The position numbers and the translations under genes were made by a program. The notes beneath the pieces are model-generated. The model was given only the letters and a program-made list of their open reading frames with translations, was not told where the DNA came from and made no database searches. This document shows, piece by piece, positions 29,007 through 38,933 of a DNA stretch of 64,000 nt; positions within the stretch are counted from its first letter, which is position 1; the number at the start of each line of letters is the position of its first letter. This DNA comes from Nitrosopumilus sp. (GTDB lineage: Archaea; Thermoproteota; Nitrososphaeria; Nitrososphaerales; Nitrosopumilaceae): NCBI GenBank assembly GCA_965205215.1, contig OZ242041.1, forward strand, positions 224,001 through 288,000, read 5' to 3'.

Positions 29007-30983
29007 ATGGCAAGCATGGCGGCCATAACTACGACAACGGCAGGACCGATACCCGCGACAAATGGATGGCTGCGATGGCGGCGTCCGGCCCGGCAGCAAC
29101 GGCCACAGCCGTCGTCACGCGGGTACCTTGCCGCAGTTCTTGTCCTGATGGCAGTATGCGCTGCGGCGATGGCCGCATCCGGCGTGCAGCCTGCCGCAGG
29201 CCACGGCACGTCGAGCGAGACGTTTCCCCCGGTAGAACTGAACGGGCAGCAGGTTGCCCTAGAGATATCGTCATCTGCCCCCCCACCTCCGGAGACGACG
29301 GGGCGGCCGCCGGCAGGAATCGCGCCGGGCGAGGACCTGCAGATAGGGATAGCCCTCGTCGACTTTGACTCGAAAGTCACGCTCCGTGACGTGACGTTCC
29401 ACATCAGGGCCGAGCTTGGGAACAAGTTCCTCTTTGAGCAAGAATTCAGGGCCGACAACGGGTTTCTAGTCTTTAATTTTGCATCAGACGACAGCGCGGG
29501 CGGCGAGATAACGGTCCACGACGGAGGGAAGGGAGACGATCAGTATGACATTGTCTCGTACCTGCTCGGAGTCGAGAGCAGGAACGTACGCGTGGCGGGG
29601 CCAAGCCTTGCAGACGGCGGACTCTACAAATTTGGCATTGCCATAACTACGGCAGGCGACTACTCAGAGCGCCTGGATGCACCGATAGAGTACGACTCTG
29701 GGATATCCATACCGATGATAACCACGTACGGCGTAAAGGATCCCAACTTTGGGGATCAGTACATCAGGGCCATTACATACTACGACAAGATAACCGACTT
29801 TGAGTACGACTCCGAGGCGAGGGAGATCAGGTACTCTATGCCGTTTGAGTGGAGCGACTCTAACATAGACCAGTCATACGTGGTGCACGAGGAGCTCTCG
29901 ATTCCGGACACGTACGGGGATCTCCTGCTGTCGGGATTCGAGCTCTACATAAACGGCGTAAGGCTGCCAGAGGAGACGATCCTGATTGACGACTTTTTCA
30001 CGGGGGAGAGAATAGTACACTTTATCGTACCCCAGGAGCAGCTCTACAGCATACGGGACGGCGGCGGCCGGGAGGACGGCATCATGAACTTTGTAATCAG
30101 GCCCGACACCAACCATACGCGCATAGCGTCAGTGACGGAGAACGGCCAGTTCCGGATATTCGCCTCGTGGGAACCGGAGGATCTGAGGTCCGGCCAGAAC
30201 GCTAGGATAATCTTCGAGGTAACAGACGTCTTTTTGAAGGGCGCGCCCATTGCAGCAGAGTACCATTTCTCTGTGACGACGAATGACGGCAGTACCATCT
30301 TTGAGCAGTCAGGTGTCAGCACGGACTCGAGGGACGATCCCACAAACGTGGCCGAGTTTGAGATACCCCAGGACGTCTCTGGAATAGCATATCTCAACTT
30401 TGAGAGGCTGCAGGACAACGAGCGCGCCAGAACATCCATGCCTATCGTAATAGACAGGGTGGCAGGCAGCGCCATCATAGACGACGGCACGATAGGCATA
30501 GCAGCAAGTGAGAACGGGGCGGGAGGGGCAGCCAACAATGGCGGCGGTAACGACGACAATGGCGGCGGCTGCCTCATTGCGACTGCCGCATACGGCTCGG
30601 AGCTTGCCCCGCAGGTGCAGCAGCTCAGGGAGCTGAGGGACAATACCATACTGAGAACCTCGTACGGCACGGCATTCATGTCAGGATTCAACTCCATATA
30701 CTACACGTTCTCCCCAACAGTGGCCGACCTCCAGAGGGAGCACCAAACGCTGCGCGACGCAACCAAGATCGCACTGACGCCCATGCTGGCATCGCTCACG
30801 CTGCTTGACGGCGTCAGCATAGGGACCGAGCACGACATGCTGGCATACGGCATCCTCATTATCGCGCTGAACGTGGCAGTCTACGTGGCATGCCCCATTG
30901 CAGCCATGACCATGGCGTACACGGGGCTAAAGAGGCGAACAGGCGGCAGAAAGACGGCAGCGTGGCGAACCATGATCAACTGA
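29007..30983 (+). CDS. Exported protein with predicted His1, TYYD-HEE-VHF domain and CFI-box-CTERM tail
   Basis: AAG|HGTSSET; TYYDK..MPFEW..VHEELSIP..ING..IVHFI; GGCLIATAAYGSELAPQVQ. Confidence 0.85.
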   Translation: MASMAAITTTTAGPIPATNGWLRWRRPARQQRPQPSSRGYLAAVLVLMAVCAAAMAASGVQPAAGHGTSSETFPPVELNGQQVALEISSSAPPPPETTGRPPAGIAPGEDLQIGIALVDFDSKVTLRDVTFHIRAELGNKFLFEQEFRADNGFLVFNFASDDSAGGEITVHDGGKGDDQYDIVSYLLGVESRNVRVAGPSLADGGLYKFGIAITTAGDYSERLDAPIEYDSGISIPMITTYGVKDPNFGDQYIRAITYYDKITDFEYDSEAREIRYSMPFEWSDSNIDQSYVVHEELSIPDTYGDLLLSGFELYINGVRLPEETILIDDFFTGERIVHFIVPQEQLYSIRDGGGREDGIMNFVIRPDTNHTRIASVTENGQFRIFASWEPEDLRSGQNARIIFEVTDVFLKGAPIAAEYHFSVTTNDGSTIFEQSGVSTDSRDDPTNVAEFEIPQDVSGIAYLNFERLQDNERARTSMPIVIDRVAGSAIIDDGTIGIAASENGAGGAANNGGGNDDNGGGCLIATAAYGSELAPQVQQLRELRDNTILRTSYGTAFMSGFNSIYYTFSPTVADLQREHQTLRDATKIALTPMLASLTLLDGVSIGTEHDMLAYGILIIALNVAVYVACPIAAMTMAYTGLKRRTGGRKTAAWRTMIN

Positions 30984-31040
30984 CCGCATATGTGAACAAT
31001 CAGATAAAAATTTTTAAAACCCAGCGAGTCAAACCATGCA

Positions 31041-32156
31041 ATGAAGACTAGAACAGTCAGTTCATTCTTTTTACTGTCTGTACTCGTAGCGGGAATGATT
31101 GCAACTACCCCCTCAGCGTCTGCAGATCATCCGAACGTAGTGCTTGAGCCCCTTCCGGGGTCGGCCACTGCAGGATGTCAGGATACCGACGAGGGCTGTT
31201 ACAACATACCCATACTGACAGTAGCTCCGGGAACTACCATAACGTTCTCAAACACAGACAACGCAGCACACACGCTGACATCAGGCTCTCCAGCAGAGGG
31301 CATGACCGGCGTGTTTGACAGCGGTTTGGTAATGGTCGGGGCCACGTACGAGTTCACGATAGATGAAGAAGGAGAATACAATCATTACTGCATTGTCCAC
31401 CCGTGGATGACGGGCCAGATCATAGTAGAGGCGGCACACGGTGAGGAAGCAACGATGATGGAAGAGGACGACTCCATGATGATGGAAGAGGACGACTCCA
31501 TGATGATGGAAGAGGACGACTCCATGATGATGGAAGAGGACGACTCCATGATGATGGAAGAGGACGACTCCATGATGATGGAAGAGGACGACTCCATGAT
31601 GATGGAAGAGGACGACTCCATGATGATGGAAGAGGACGACTCCATGATGATGGAAGAGGACGACTCCATGATGATGGAAGAGGACGACTCCATGATGATG
31701 GAAGAGGACGACTCCATGATGGACGAGACGTCAGCGGCAGACGAGGAGACTGGTGGTTGCCTTATTGCAACTGCGGCATTTGGCTCCGAGCTTGCGCCAC
31801 AAGTTCAGCAACTTAGAGAGCTGAGAGACAACACGGTACTTGCCACAGAGTCCGGTACGGCATTTATGTCCGGATTCAACAGCATATACTACACGTTCTC
31901 CCCAGCGGTGGCAGATCTCGAAAGAGAGAACCCGGCGTTCAGGGAGGCAGTCAAGGTGGCACTGACCCCAATGCTCTCCACACTCTCACTGCTAAACCAT
32001 GCAGACATCGACACTGAGACGGAGATGCTCGGATACGGCATGTCCGTTGTCCTGCTGAACCTGGGAATGTATGTTGGAATTCCAGCATTTGCAATCCTGA
32101 AATGCACCAAACTGGTACGGGCAAGACTTCACACGGAAAACCCCCAAAACAGATAA
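31041..32156 (+). CDS. Plastocyanin-like type-1 (blue) copper protein with Met/acid repeat linker and CFI-box-CTERM tail
   Basis: AAHTLTSG...FDSG...YCIVHPWM (His, Cys, His, Met ligands); GGCLIATAAFGSE tail. Confidence 0.93.
   Translation: MKTRTVSSFFLLSVLVAGMIATTPSASADHPNVVLEPLPGSATAGCQDTDEGCYNIPILTVAPGTTITFSNTDNAAHTLTSGSPAEGMTGVFDSGLVMVGATYEFTIDEEGEYNHYCIVHPWMTGQIIVEAAHGEEATMMEEDDSMMMEEDDSMMMEEDDSMMMEEDDSMMMEEDDSMMMEEDDSMMMEEDDSMMMEEDDSMMMEEDDSMMMEEDDSMMMEEDDSMMDETSAADEETGGCLIATAAFGSELAPQVQQLRELRDNTVLATESGTAFMSGFNSIYYTFSPAVADLERENPAFREAVKVALTPMLSTLSLLNHADIDTETEMLGYGMSVVLLNLGMYVGIPAFAILKCTKLVRARLHTENPQNR
31454..31722. repeat. 24-bp tandem repeat x11 (MMMEEDDS)
   Basis: ATGATGATGGAAGAGGACGACTCC units. 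Confidence 0.97.
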
Positions 32157-32318
32157 TGTAACGGGCAACAGTAAATTACATTGTCTACATATTTTTAACT
32201 TTCATAACTAGAACAGAGCGCCCTTCATTCGAACCAAGTTACATGCACGAGACACCTCACGGCAAAAGAAAGAAGCGCGAATTTGAGATAGAAGGCGATC
32301 CTCAAGTAACGCCAAGCA

Positions 32319-33071
32319 TCAGGCAGCAGGCCTTCGAGTTAGGGATATCACACCCATGACAATGGCGACGGCAGACATGGAGAGCCCCATGACGGCAAAG
32401 TTGTAAGACAGGCCGCCTGCATCATTGCTGCTGTTATTGTTGCCAGGTGGTACCATATCCTCACCAGATTTCAGTCTCGAGACGTCCTGCTGCAGGGAGG
32501 ATATCGCCTTTTTCATTGCGACGGTATCGGCCGCATCCGCTCCTCCTCCTCCTCCGCTGCCGCCTCCGCCCGCGACAGGCGGAAAGTCCAGCGCCGCCGT
32601 GTGCTCCACGTCCTCAATTGGGATCACGATATCCACGGGCGTGCCTCGAATATCGCCCTGTACCTGAAGCAGGTACGTTCCGGTTCTGGTTGGAATTATC
32701 GGGGACAGGTAGTGTCCCGGCAGGTTGTCGGGGTTGAAGGCAGCCACCTTTGACTCGCCGCCGAACATTATCGTCGCCTCCACGCCCCGAAAGACGTGTG
32801 TGACACCGGTGGACTGGCCCTCCACCTCGCCGCGCTCGACTACCGACAGTACGACCGAGTTTCTCAGTCCCACTATGGGCGGCTCCACGTCCCATCCGGC
32901 CTCAATATCATACTTGTCGACTGAGATGGTGGTGTGGGCAAAAGAAGGCGCGGCAAGTCCGGCCGACAAAACAAAGAACACGGCCAGTGCGCATGCAGAC
33001 AGTGCCAGCATCTTTGGTCCGGCCGTCTTTGGCACCACCAGCCTCGCTGTTGGCGTACCCGCAACCATCAC
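32319..33071 (-). CDS. Exported, C-terminally anchored protein with predicted His1
   Basis: SFA|HTTISV..GW..EPP; short coiled coil and C-terminal TM; divergent from the copC-copD fusion. Confidence 0.8.
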   Translation of the reverse strand: MMVAGTPTARLVVPKTAGPKMLALSACALAVFFVLSAGLAAPSFAHTTISVDKYDIEAGWDVEPPIVGLRNSVVLSVVERGEVEGQSTGVTHVFRGVEATIMFGGESKVAAFNPDNLPGHYLSPIIPTRTGTYLLQVQGDIRGTPVDIVIPIEDVEHTAALDFPPVAGGGGSGGGGGADAADTVAMKKAISSLQQDVSRLKSGEDMVPPGNNNSSNDAGGLSYNFAVMGLSMSAVAIVMGVISLTRRPAA

Positions 33072-33211
33072 ATCGTTTCAGTCACTATGGGTTATTATAT
33101 TTACGCGGATGCTAGCAGCCGGCGAAGTTTTCAGAAATTCATCGTCAATGCCAGAAAACATCACGAGACAGCAGTCACCCGGAACCTAAACGACAGCTTG
33201 CATAAATTACG

Positions 33212-36200
33212 ATGCAGGCAGGTGCTACTCCCAAGTGTGGCCGGAACAAAGTGCGTTTATTTGTGGCACCGCACACATATAGGCAAATGCGAACCGTGCC
33301 GTTCCCCGGGCAAGCCACAAAAGGGAGTAGGACAGCGACAAACTCAGCATTGCATCTGTCATCATTGTCATCGGTCACCAACACCACCAAAACCGCACGA
33401 GTCGTGGTTCTACTGACGATTCTGGCAATCCCTCTCATGCTGGCGTCGCCGGCAGTCCCACTTGCATCGGCCCATCCGTACATAGAGGAGACCACTCCAA
33501 GCACGGCCCAGAACGCGCCCGCAGGGACAAGCGAGGTGATAGTGTACTTTTCAGAATCAGTGGACATAGAGTTCAGCGAGATCAAGGTCATAAACGACAA
33601 GGGAGATCGCATCGACAACAGAGATCTCAGGTATCACCACGAAGACGTGGCGCTGGCCGTCTCAACGCCCCCACTTGAGGACGGGGTCTACACGGTCTCC
33701 ACAAAGGTGCTCTCAAAGGTGGACGGCCACCTGGTCCCCGGCGTCTTCCTGTTCGGCGTGGGGGAGGCAACGATAGATCCCGAGCTGCTGTCCCAAGAGA
33801 AGCAGACTGAGCTGCTGTTCCTGCCCGAGGCCGGCGCCGAGCTCCCAGGCATAGTGGGCCAGACCATCATAGTCGGGGCGGCAGTGGCCGCAATCGCAGT
33901 CTGGGAGTCCCACAGGGACAGGCGGCACGGCCGCACCGAATCATCACCGTCATCAGCAATGGAACAAGAGCACCACAAAAGGTTCATGCAGCTTACGGGG
34001 GCGGGACTGCTGCTCGTACTGGCATCGGACATGATGGTAATTGCGCTGCAGATGTCAAGACTGGAGTCCGGGCTTGTGGAGACCGTCCAGACCCAATTTG
34101 GCATGATATGGCTTGCAAGAATGGCGATCACCATGGCCCTGTTTGGCGCATGGTTTGCCGCCAACAAGGCCGGCAGGTCAAGGCCAAAGACGATGCACGC
34201 GGCCATGCTGGCCGCCGCGCTGGCCCTCATGCTGACGTCAAGCATGTCGGGGCATGGCGCGGCGACGGAGACTGTCGAAGCAGTGCTTCTTGACTATATC
34301 CACAACATAGTGGCCGGAATATGGATAGGCGGGATAATATACATCGTGTTCGGGCTCCTGCCGGTACTCTCAAGATTCCCCGACGTCAAGGAGCGGCTCA
34401 GCCTGGCCGCAATCCCGAGGTTCTCTGCAATATTCATAGTGTCTGTGGGAATCGTCATAGTGACCGGCCCCATCCTGCTGTGGACCTTGGAAAGCGACGT
34501 GGGCATGATTACGGAATCGGTGTTTGGCAGGCTGATCATACTAAAGGTTGCAATCGCGTCGGTCATGGTGGGCATGGGTGGGCTTGTCCAGTACACCATA
34601 CAAAAGAGGGCCGAATCCGATATCGCCTCATCAAAAAAGCCCCAAGTCCACGGCAGGCTCAGCAAGACACTCAGGGTTGACGCGGCACTCGGGATAGCCC
34701 TGCTGGTGGTAGTGGCCATCCTCACCAACGGGACCCTGCCCGCGGGCGAGATACGGAGCGTCGAGGCGCAGCAGTCGTTTGGCGGGCTTGCCGCGACCGA
34801 GTTCTCCGAGAGCATAAAGTTCGACATCGAGATAACACCGTTTGCCACGGGGGAGAACGGCATTGCCATAACGGTATCAGGGACAGACGGGACTGACCTA
34901 GACGATCTGGACAGGATAAAGGCAAAGGCGTCGAACCCGGCCAGGGGCATCCCCCCAATCGAGCTGGACCTGCAGGACGTGACACGGGACAGGGGGGATG
35001 CGGGGGCAACAGGCTCCGTCACGTACCAAGGAGTCCTGACCCTCGCATTCTCAGGCCAGTGGCTCGTAGAGATCGAGGCCCAGCGCCTGCAGAACGCAAA
35101 CGAGGCGGTGCGCCTCGACATATTTGCAAGGCCGAACCTGAGGGACATGGACACAACGCTTGCAGAGTACGATCTCCCCGCCAACAACACAAGCCCGCTT
35201 CACGCCGCGTACGACCATGCGGGGAGCGTCTGGTTCACAGACGCGTCGGCGCCGCGCCTGTGGCAGGTCGACACGGAGACGGGCCAGGCCACACCGCACG
35301 AGTTTGAGGGAGCCTCGTCGTCGTTTATCACGTACAATGAGAAGGACCGCAGCATATGGTTTACGGACAGCAGGGGCGGCCAGATCGGGCACGCGAGGCA
35401 GCAGGGCGGTGACGGTGATTATGTCATAACCACCATAAAGACCCCCGAGTTCGAATCAAGGCAGCCCCAGTCAGATCCGACTGGCGAAAAGGCCTTGCCC
35501 TTCTTCATAGAGTCGGACAGAGACGGTGACGTGTGGCTGACCGTGATAAACAAGGGGCTGATAGCAAGGTATGACGTGCAGTCAGAGGAGTTTGAAGAGT
35601 ACCACGTTCCGGGCCGCGACTCGCTGCCGTTTGCGCTGGCAGAGGGGCCCGACGGCATGATGTGGTATACTGCCACCGGAACCGGAACCGTCGGATATAT
35701 CGATCCCGGCAACGGCAGCATGACGCAGGTAATCGGCCCCGACCGGCCGCTCGAGGCGCCGGAGGCCCTCCTCTTTGAGGATGAGTCGGAGGGGGGAGGC
35801 CTCTGGATCACAGAGCATACGGGCTTTGCAGTCGTGAGGTATGATCCCGTGCTGGACACCCTTGCAAGGTACGAGGTACGGGACGCCGACGCGCTGCCGT
35901 TTGGAATGGCTTTTGACAGGTACGGCAACGTCTGGTTTGCGCAACACACGGTGGATGTCATAGGCGTCATCGACCCGCGCAGTGGAAACATGGCCGAGGT
36001 GGAGGTCCCGACGGCGACGTCGTTTGTGCAGTTTCTAGAGTCCGATGGCGACGGAAACATATGGTTTGCAGAGCAGAGGGGTGGCAAGATAGGCGTCATA
36101 TCCATCTCTGAGAGGCCCAGCACGTACAGCGCGCAGGACCTGCAGGAGTCCGTTCCGCGGGCATACGAGGTCAGGTACGCGGACCTCGTCTCGCCGCTCA

Positions 36201-36310
36201 TGGCGCTCGGCGTGCTTTCCGCCTCGCTGTTCTATGTAAAGGCCGTGCGCGACGGAAGGAGGCTGGATGGCATCATGATGAACATGCCGCCCGACAAGCG
36301 ACCCGGCTGA
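33212..36310 (+). CDS. CopC-CopD-(Ig-like)-Vgb/NHL beta-propeller fusion (copper uptake/resistance)
   Basis: ASA|HPY...FSE...G.YTV..KVLSKVDGH (CopC); SGH...DYIH...IWIGG, FGRLIILK (CopD); repeated P......DG.VWF blades; true start is likely downstream of 33212. Confidence 0.9.
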   Translation: MQAGATPKCGRNKVRLFVAPHTYRQMRTVPFPGQATKGSRTATNSALHLSSLSSVTNTTKTARVVVLLTILAIPLMLASPAVPLASAHPYIEETTPSTAQNAPAGTSEVIVYFSESVDIEFSEIKVINDKGDRIDNRDLRYHHEDVALAVSTPPLEDGVYTVSTKVLSKVDGHLVPGVFLFGVGEATIDPELLSQEKQTELLFLPEAGAELPGIVGQTIIVGAAVAAIAVWESHRDRRHGRTESSPSSAMEQEHHKRFMQLTGAGLLLVLASDMMVIALQMSRLESGLVETVQTQFGMIWLARMAITMALFGAWFAANKAGRSRPKTMHAAMLAAALALMLTSSMSGHGAATETVEAVLLDYIHNIVAGIWIGGIIYIVFGLLPVLSRFPDVKERLSLAAIPRFSAIFIVSVGIVIVTGPILLWTLESDVGMITESVFGRLIILKVAIASVMVGMGGLVQYTIQKRAESDIASSKKPQVHGRLSKTLRVDAALGIALLVVVAILTNGTLPAGEIRSVEAQQSFGGLAATEFSESIKFDIEITPFATGENGIAITVSGTDGTDLDDLDRIKAKASNPARGIPPIELDLQDVTRDRGDAGATGSVTYQGVLTLAFSGQWLVEIEAQRLQNANEAVRLDIFARPNLRDMDTTLAEYDLPANNTSPLHAAYDHAGSVWFTDASAPRLWQVDTETGQATPHEFEGASSSFITYNEKDRSIWFTDSRGGQIGHARQQGGDGDYVITTIKTPEFESRQPQSDPTGEKALPFFIESDRDGDVWLTVINKGLIARYDVQSEEFEEYHVPGRDSLPFALAEGPDGMMWYTATGTGTVGYIDPGNGSMTQVIGPDRPLEAPEALLFEDESEGGGLWITEHTGFAVVRYDPVLDTLARYEVRDADALPFGMAFDRYGNVWFAQHTVDVIGVIDPRSGNMAEVEVPTATSFVQFLESDGDGNIWFAEQRGGKIGVISISERPSTYSAQDLQESVPRAYEVRYADLVSPLMALGVLSASLFYVKAVRDGRRLDGIMMNMPPDKRPG

Positions 36311-36434
36311 CTCTGCCGCCATCGCGGGGGCGCCGGCCGCCATGGCAGCGGCCGGACACTACGGGGCGTTGATACAGGCAGTAGCCAAGCTTGAAGAACG
36401 GGCGTCGCCTTTCCGCGCACAGTCCCTATTGGTC

Positions 36435-37631
36435 TTAGCACAGCGCCGCCTGGAGGTTCTCAAGGTTTTGGTACATCTTGGACATGTATGTCTCGTCGGG
36501 CTGTGCAATCTCAAGCGGCGACAAGGTCAGGACCCGTCCGCCTATCTCGTCTGCAACGACCTGCGCCGTCTTGGGATCGGCCGCCTCGTCGGTAAATATG
36601 ACGTCCAGGCCCTGCGCCCTGGCAGTCTCAATCACGTCATGGAGCGTCCTCGGGGCGATCTCGCCGTACGGAGTCAGCGACCTTAGTATGACGTGCTGGA
36701 CCAAGTCATACTCTTCTGAAAAGTAGGCAAACGCAAAGTGGTACGCCACAAACTCACGTGAGCACGATTCCAGCCCGGTCCTGATGTCAGAGTCCAGCTG
36801 CTGCAGCTCTGCAATGTACCTGTCGGCGTTTTCCTGATAGTAGTCGGCGTTCTTGGGATCGGCCTCTGAGAGCCCGTCGGCGATATTCTGTACCTGTATC
36901 TGGGCGAGAATCGGGTTAAGCCATATGTGCGGGTCGCCGACAAACGCGCCTCCGGGGGCATCGTCATCGTGGCCGTCGCCGTGATCGTCCTTGGCCTCCA
37001 TGCCGTGGTCGTCATCGCCGTGATCGTCCTTGGCCTCCATGCCGTGGCCGTCGCCGTGATCGTCCTTGGCCTCCATGCCGTGGTCGTCATCGCCGTGATC
37101 GTCCTTGGCCTCCATGCCGTGGTCGTCATCGCCGTGATCGTCCTTGGCCTCCATGCCGTGGTCGTCATCGCCGTGATCGTCACCTTCTTCCCCGTGGCCG
37201 TGGCCGTGATCGTGGCCGTGCGTTCCTTCCGCTGCCTCCATCACCTCTACTCCCTTGCTGGTGTCAATCAAGACGCCCTCAAATCCGACGTCCTCCAGAC
37301 TATCCAGCCACGTCTCAAATCCGATTCCATTAATCGCTATGGCATCTGCACTCTGCATGCGCTGGGCGTCCCTGACGGTGGGCTCCCAGTCGTGCGGCTC
37401 GGCGCCAGGCGGTAGGATCAGATTCGACTCGACCTTGTCCCCGCCCACGGCATTTACAAACTGCCAGATTGGATAAAACGACGACAGCACCAGTATCCGT
37501 GGCTCCTCTGCAACGGCCGTGCCCTCCACGTCTGCCGGCTCCGGCTCTATCGTGGTGCTGTATACGGCAAAGATTGCAAGCGGGATCACCACCGCAATTG
37601 CGATGCCCGCGTAGACCGCCTTGGATACCAT
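36435..37631 (-). CDS. ZnuA-like cluster A-I metal-binding ABC substrate-binding protein, paralog 1; start corrected to MVSKAVY
   Basis: EPHDWEP, DPHIWLNP, AYH.AF.YF, SPLE; His/Asp loop. Confidence 0.94.
   Translation of the reverse strand: MVSKAVYAGIAIAVVIPLAIFAVYSTTIEPEPADVEGTAVAEEPRILVLSSFYPIWQFVNAVGGDKVESNLILPPGAEPHDWEPTVRDAQRMQSADAIAINGIGFETWLDSLEDVGFEGVLIDTSKGVEVMEAAEGTHGHDHGHGHGEEGDDHGDDDHGMEAKDDHGDDDHGMEAKDDHGDDDHGMEAKDDHGDGHGMEAKDDHGDDDHGMEAKDDHGDGHDDDAPGGAFVGDPHIWLNPILAQIQVQNIADGLSEADPKNADYYQENADRYIAELQQLDSDIRTGLESCSREFVAYHFAFAYFSEEYDLVQHVILRSLTPYGEIAPRTLHDVIETARAQGLDVIFTDEAADPKTAQVVADEIGGRVLTLSPLEIAQPDETYMSKMYQNLENLQAALC
36960..37221. repeat. Imperfect 39/36-bp repeats encoding DDHGDDDHGMEAK
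   Basis: About five units plus GHGH flanks. Confidence 0.9.
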
Positions 37632-37645
37632 GTGCGGTCTTCGCA

Positions 37646-37665
37646 GGTAGCTATTAATAAATCTT
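37646..37665 (-). promoter_or_regulatory. znuA1 promoter element GGTAGCTATTAATAAATCTT, shared with znuA2
   Basis: 17/20 identical to 41215-41234; both begin 15 bp upstream of the ATG. Confidence 0.75.
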
Positions 37666-38045
37666 GAGAATATAATAATAATAATTATCAGAATTTGATC
37701 AAAATATAATATCCTAGCCGCATCCGGCGGCCTCGACGGCCGGACACATGCGAGCTTGACCAGCGTCGTGGATCCTCCATGGCCCCTTGGCAGATCCGGG
37801 ACGGCGGGGGGCTGGAACCGGGATGCTCGTCTCCGATTAGAGGAACAGGGCCGTCGTGGGAGAGGTAAGTGGAAGGAAGGAGGATAAACGCAGGATCCCG
37901 TCATACGGAGGGAAGGCAATACGCCGACGGCGTCGCATCGTCTTGGAAGCGGCGTGCGTGACGGCCACCCGCCGACCCACTGCCCATCCAAGGGCTATAC
38001 GTGACGGGAAGCGGAAGGGAGGGGTCGGACGGCATGACGGTGGGC

Positions 38046-38864
38046 CTACCGACGGGCCAACAGTCCGGCGGACTTTGCCCCCATCGTGGCCCCAAGCACG
38101 CATATTGCCAAGACAACTATGCTTCCGGCAGGGGCGATATTCAGTACATACGACAGAAATATACCAGCGATTACGGTCGATACGGAGATCCCTATCGATA
38201 GGACAACCGTGCTCTGAAACCCGCGCCCCAGCATCATGGCAGTGACGTTCGGTATGACAAAGAGCGCTGAGATGAGCAGCACCCCGACGAGCTGTATCGC
38301 GGTGACCACGGTCAGCCCCGCCATGAACACTAGCAGGTAGGTTATCCGCTCCACGCGTATTCCACTCACCTTTGCCTGCTTTTCATCAAACGTAGTGTAC
38401 AGTATCTGCCTAAAGAGCGCCAGTATGACAAGCAGGATGGCGCCGGTCATTGCCAGTATCAGTATGGTGTCATCTACGCTTACAAGCAGTATGCTTCCAA
38501 ACAGAAAGCTGAATATGTCAACTGAGAACCCCCCAGACAGCCCTATTATGACCAGCCCCACCGCGATCCCGGACGACAGCAGCACCGCGATTGCCGCGTC
38601 CCCGGACACGTTGTACTTTTCCCGGATCCGCGTGATCAGTACGGCGCTGATTATGGATATCACGTACGCCATCCACAGCGGGTAGATGCCCATAAGAAGT
38701 CCCAGCGCCACGCCACCAAACGAGGAGTGGGCCAGGGCGTCACCGAACAGCGAGAAGCGCCTCAGCACGAGAAATATTCCAACTACGGAGCACAGCACGG
38801 CGATGGTGGCGCCGGACAAGAGCGCCCGTTGCATAAAGTCGTACGCGAGCACCTCAAAGACCAT
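38046..38864 (-). CDS. ZnuB-like metal ABC transporter permease
   Basis: FMQRAL, G.FLVLRR.SL.GDALAHS, LFGSIL, FD...A..SG, VG.LLISAL..IP. Confidence 0.95.
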   Translation of the reverse strand: MVFEVLAYDFMQRALLSGATIAVLCSVVGIFLVLRRFSLFGDALAHSSFGGVALGLLMGIYPLWMAYVISIISAVLITRIREKYNVSGDAAIAVLLSSGIAVGLVIIGLSGGFSVDIFSFLFGSILLVSVDDTILILAMTGAILLVILALFRQILYTTFDEKQAKVSGIRVERITYLLVFMAGLTVVTAIQLVGVLLISALFVIPNVTAMMLGRGFQSTVVLSIGISVSTVIAGIFLSYVLNIAPAGSIVVLAICVLGATMGAKSAGLLARR

Positions 38865-38933
38865 TACATTCCCCCACACGCGCTGCTGCCTGTCGCTGTC
38901 ATGGCCATCATCACCTGCAACCGCCCACCAGTG

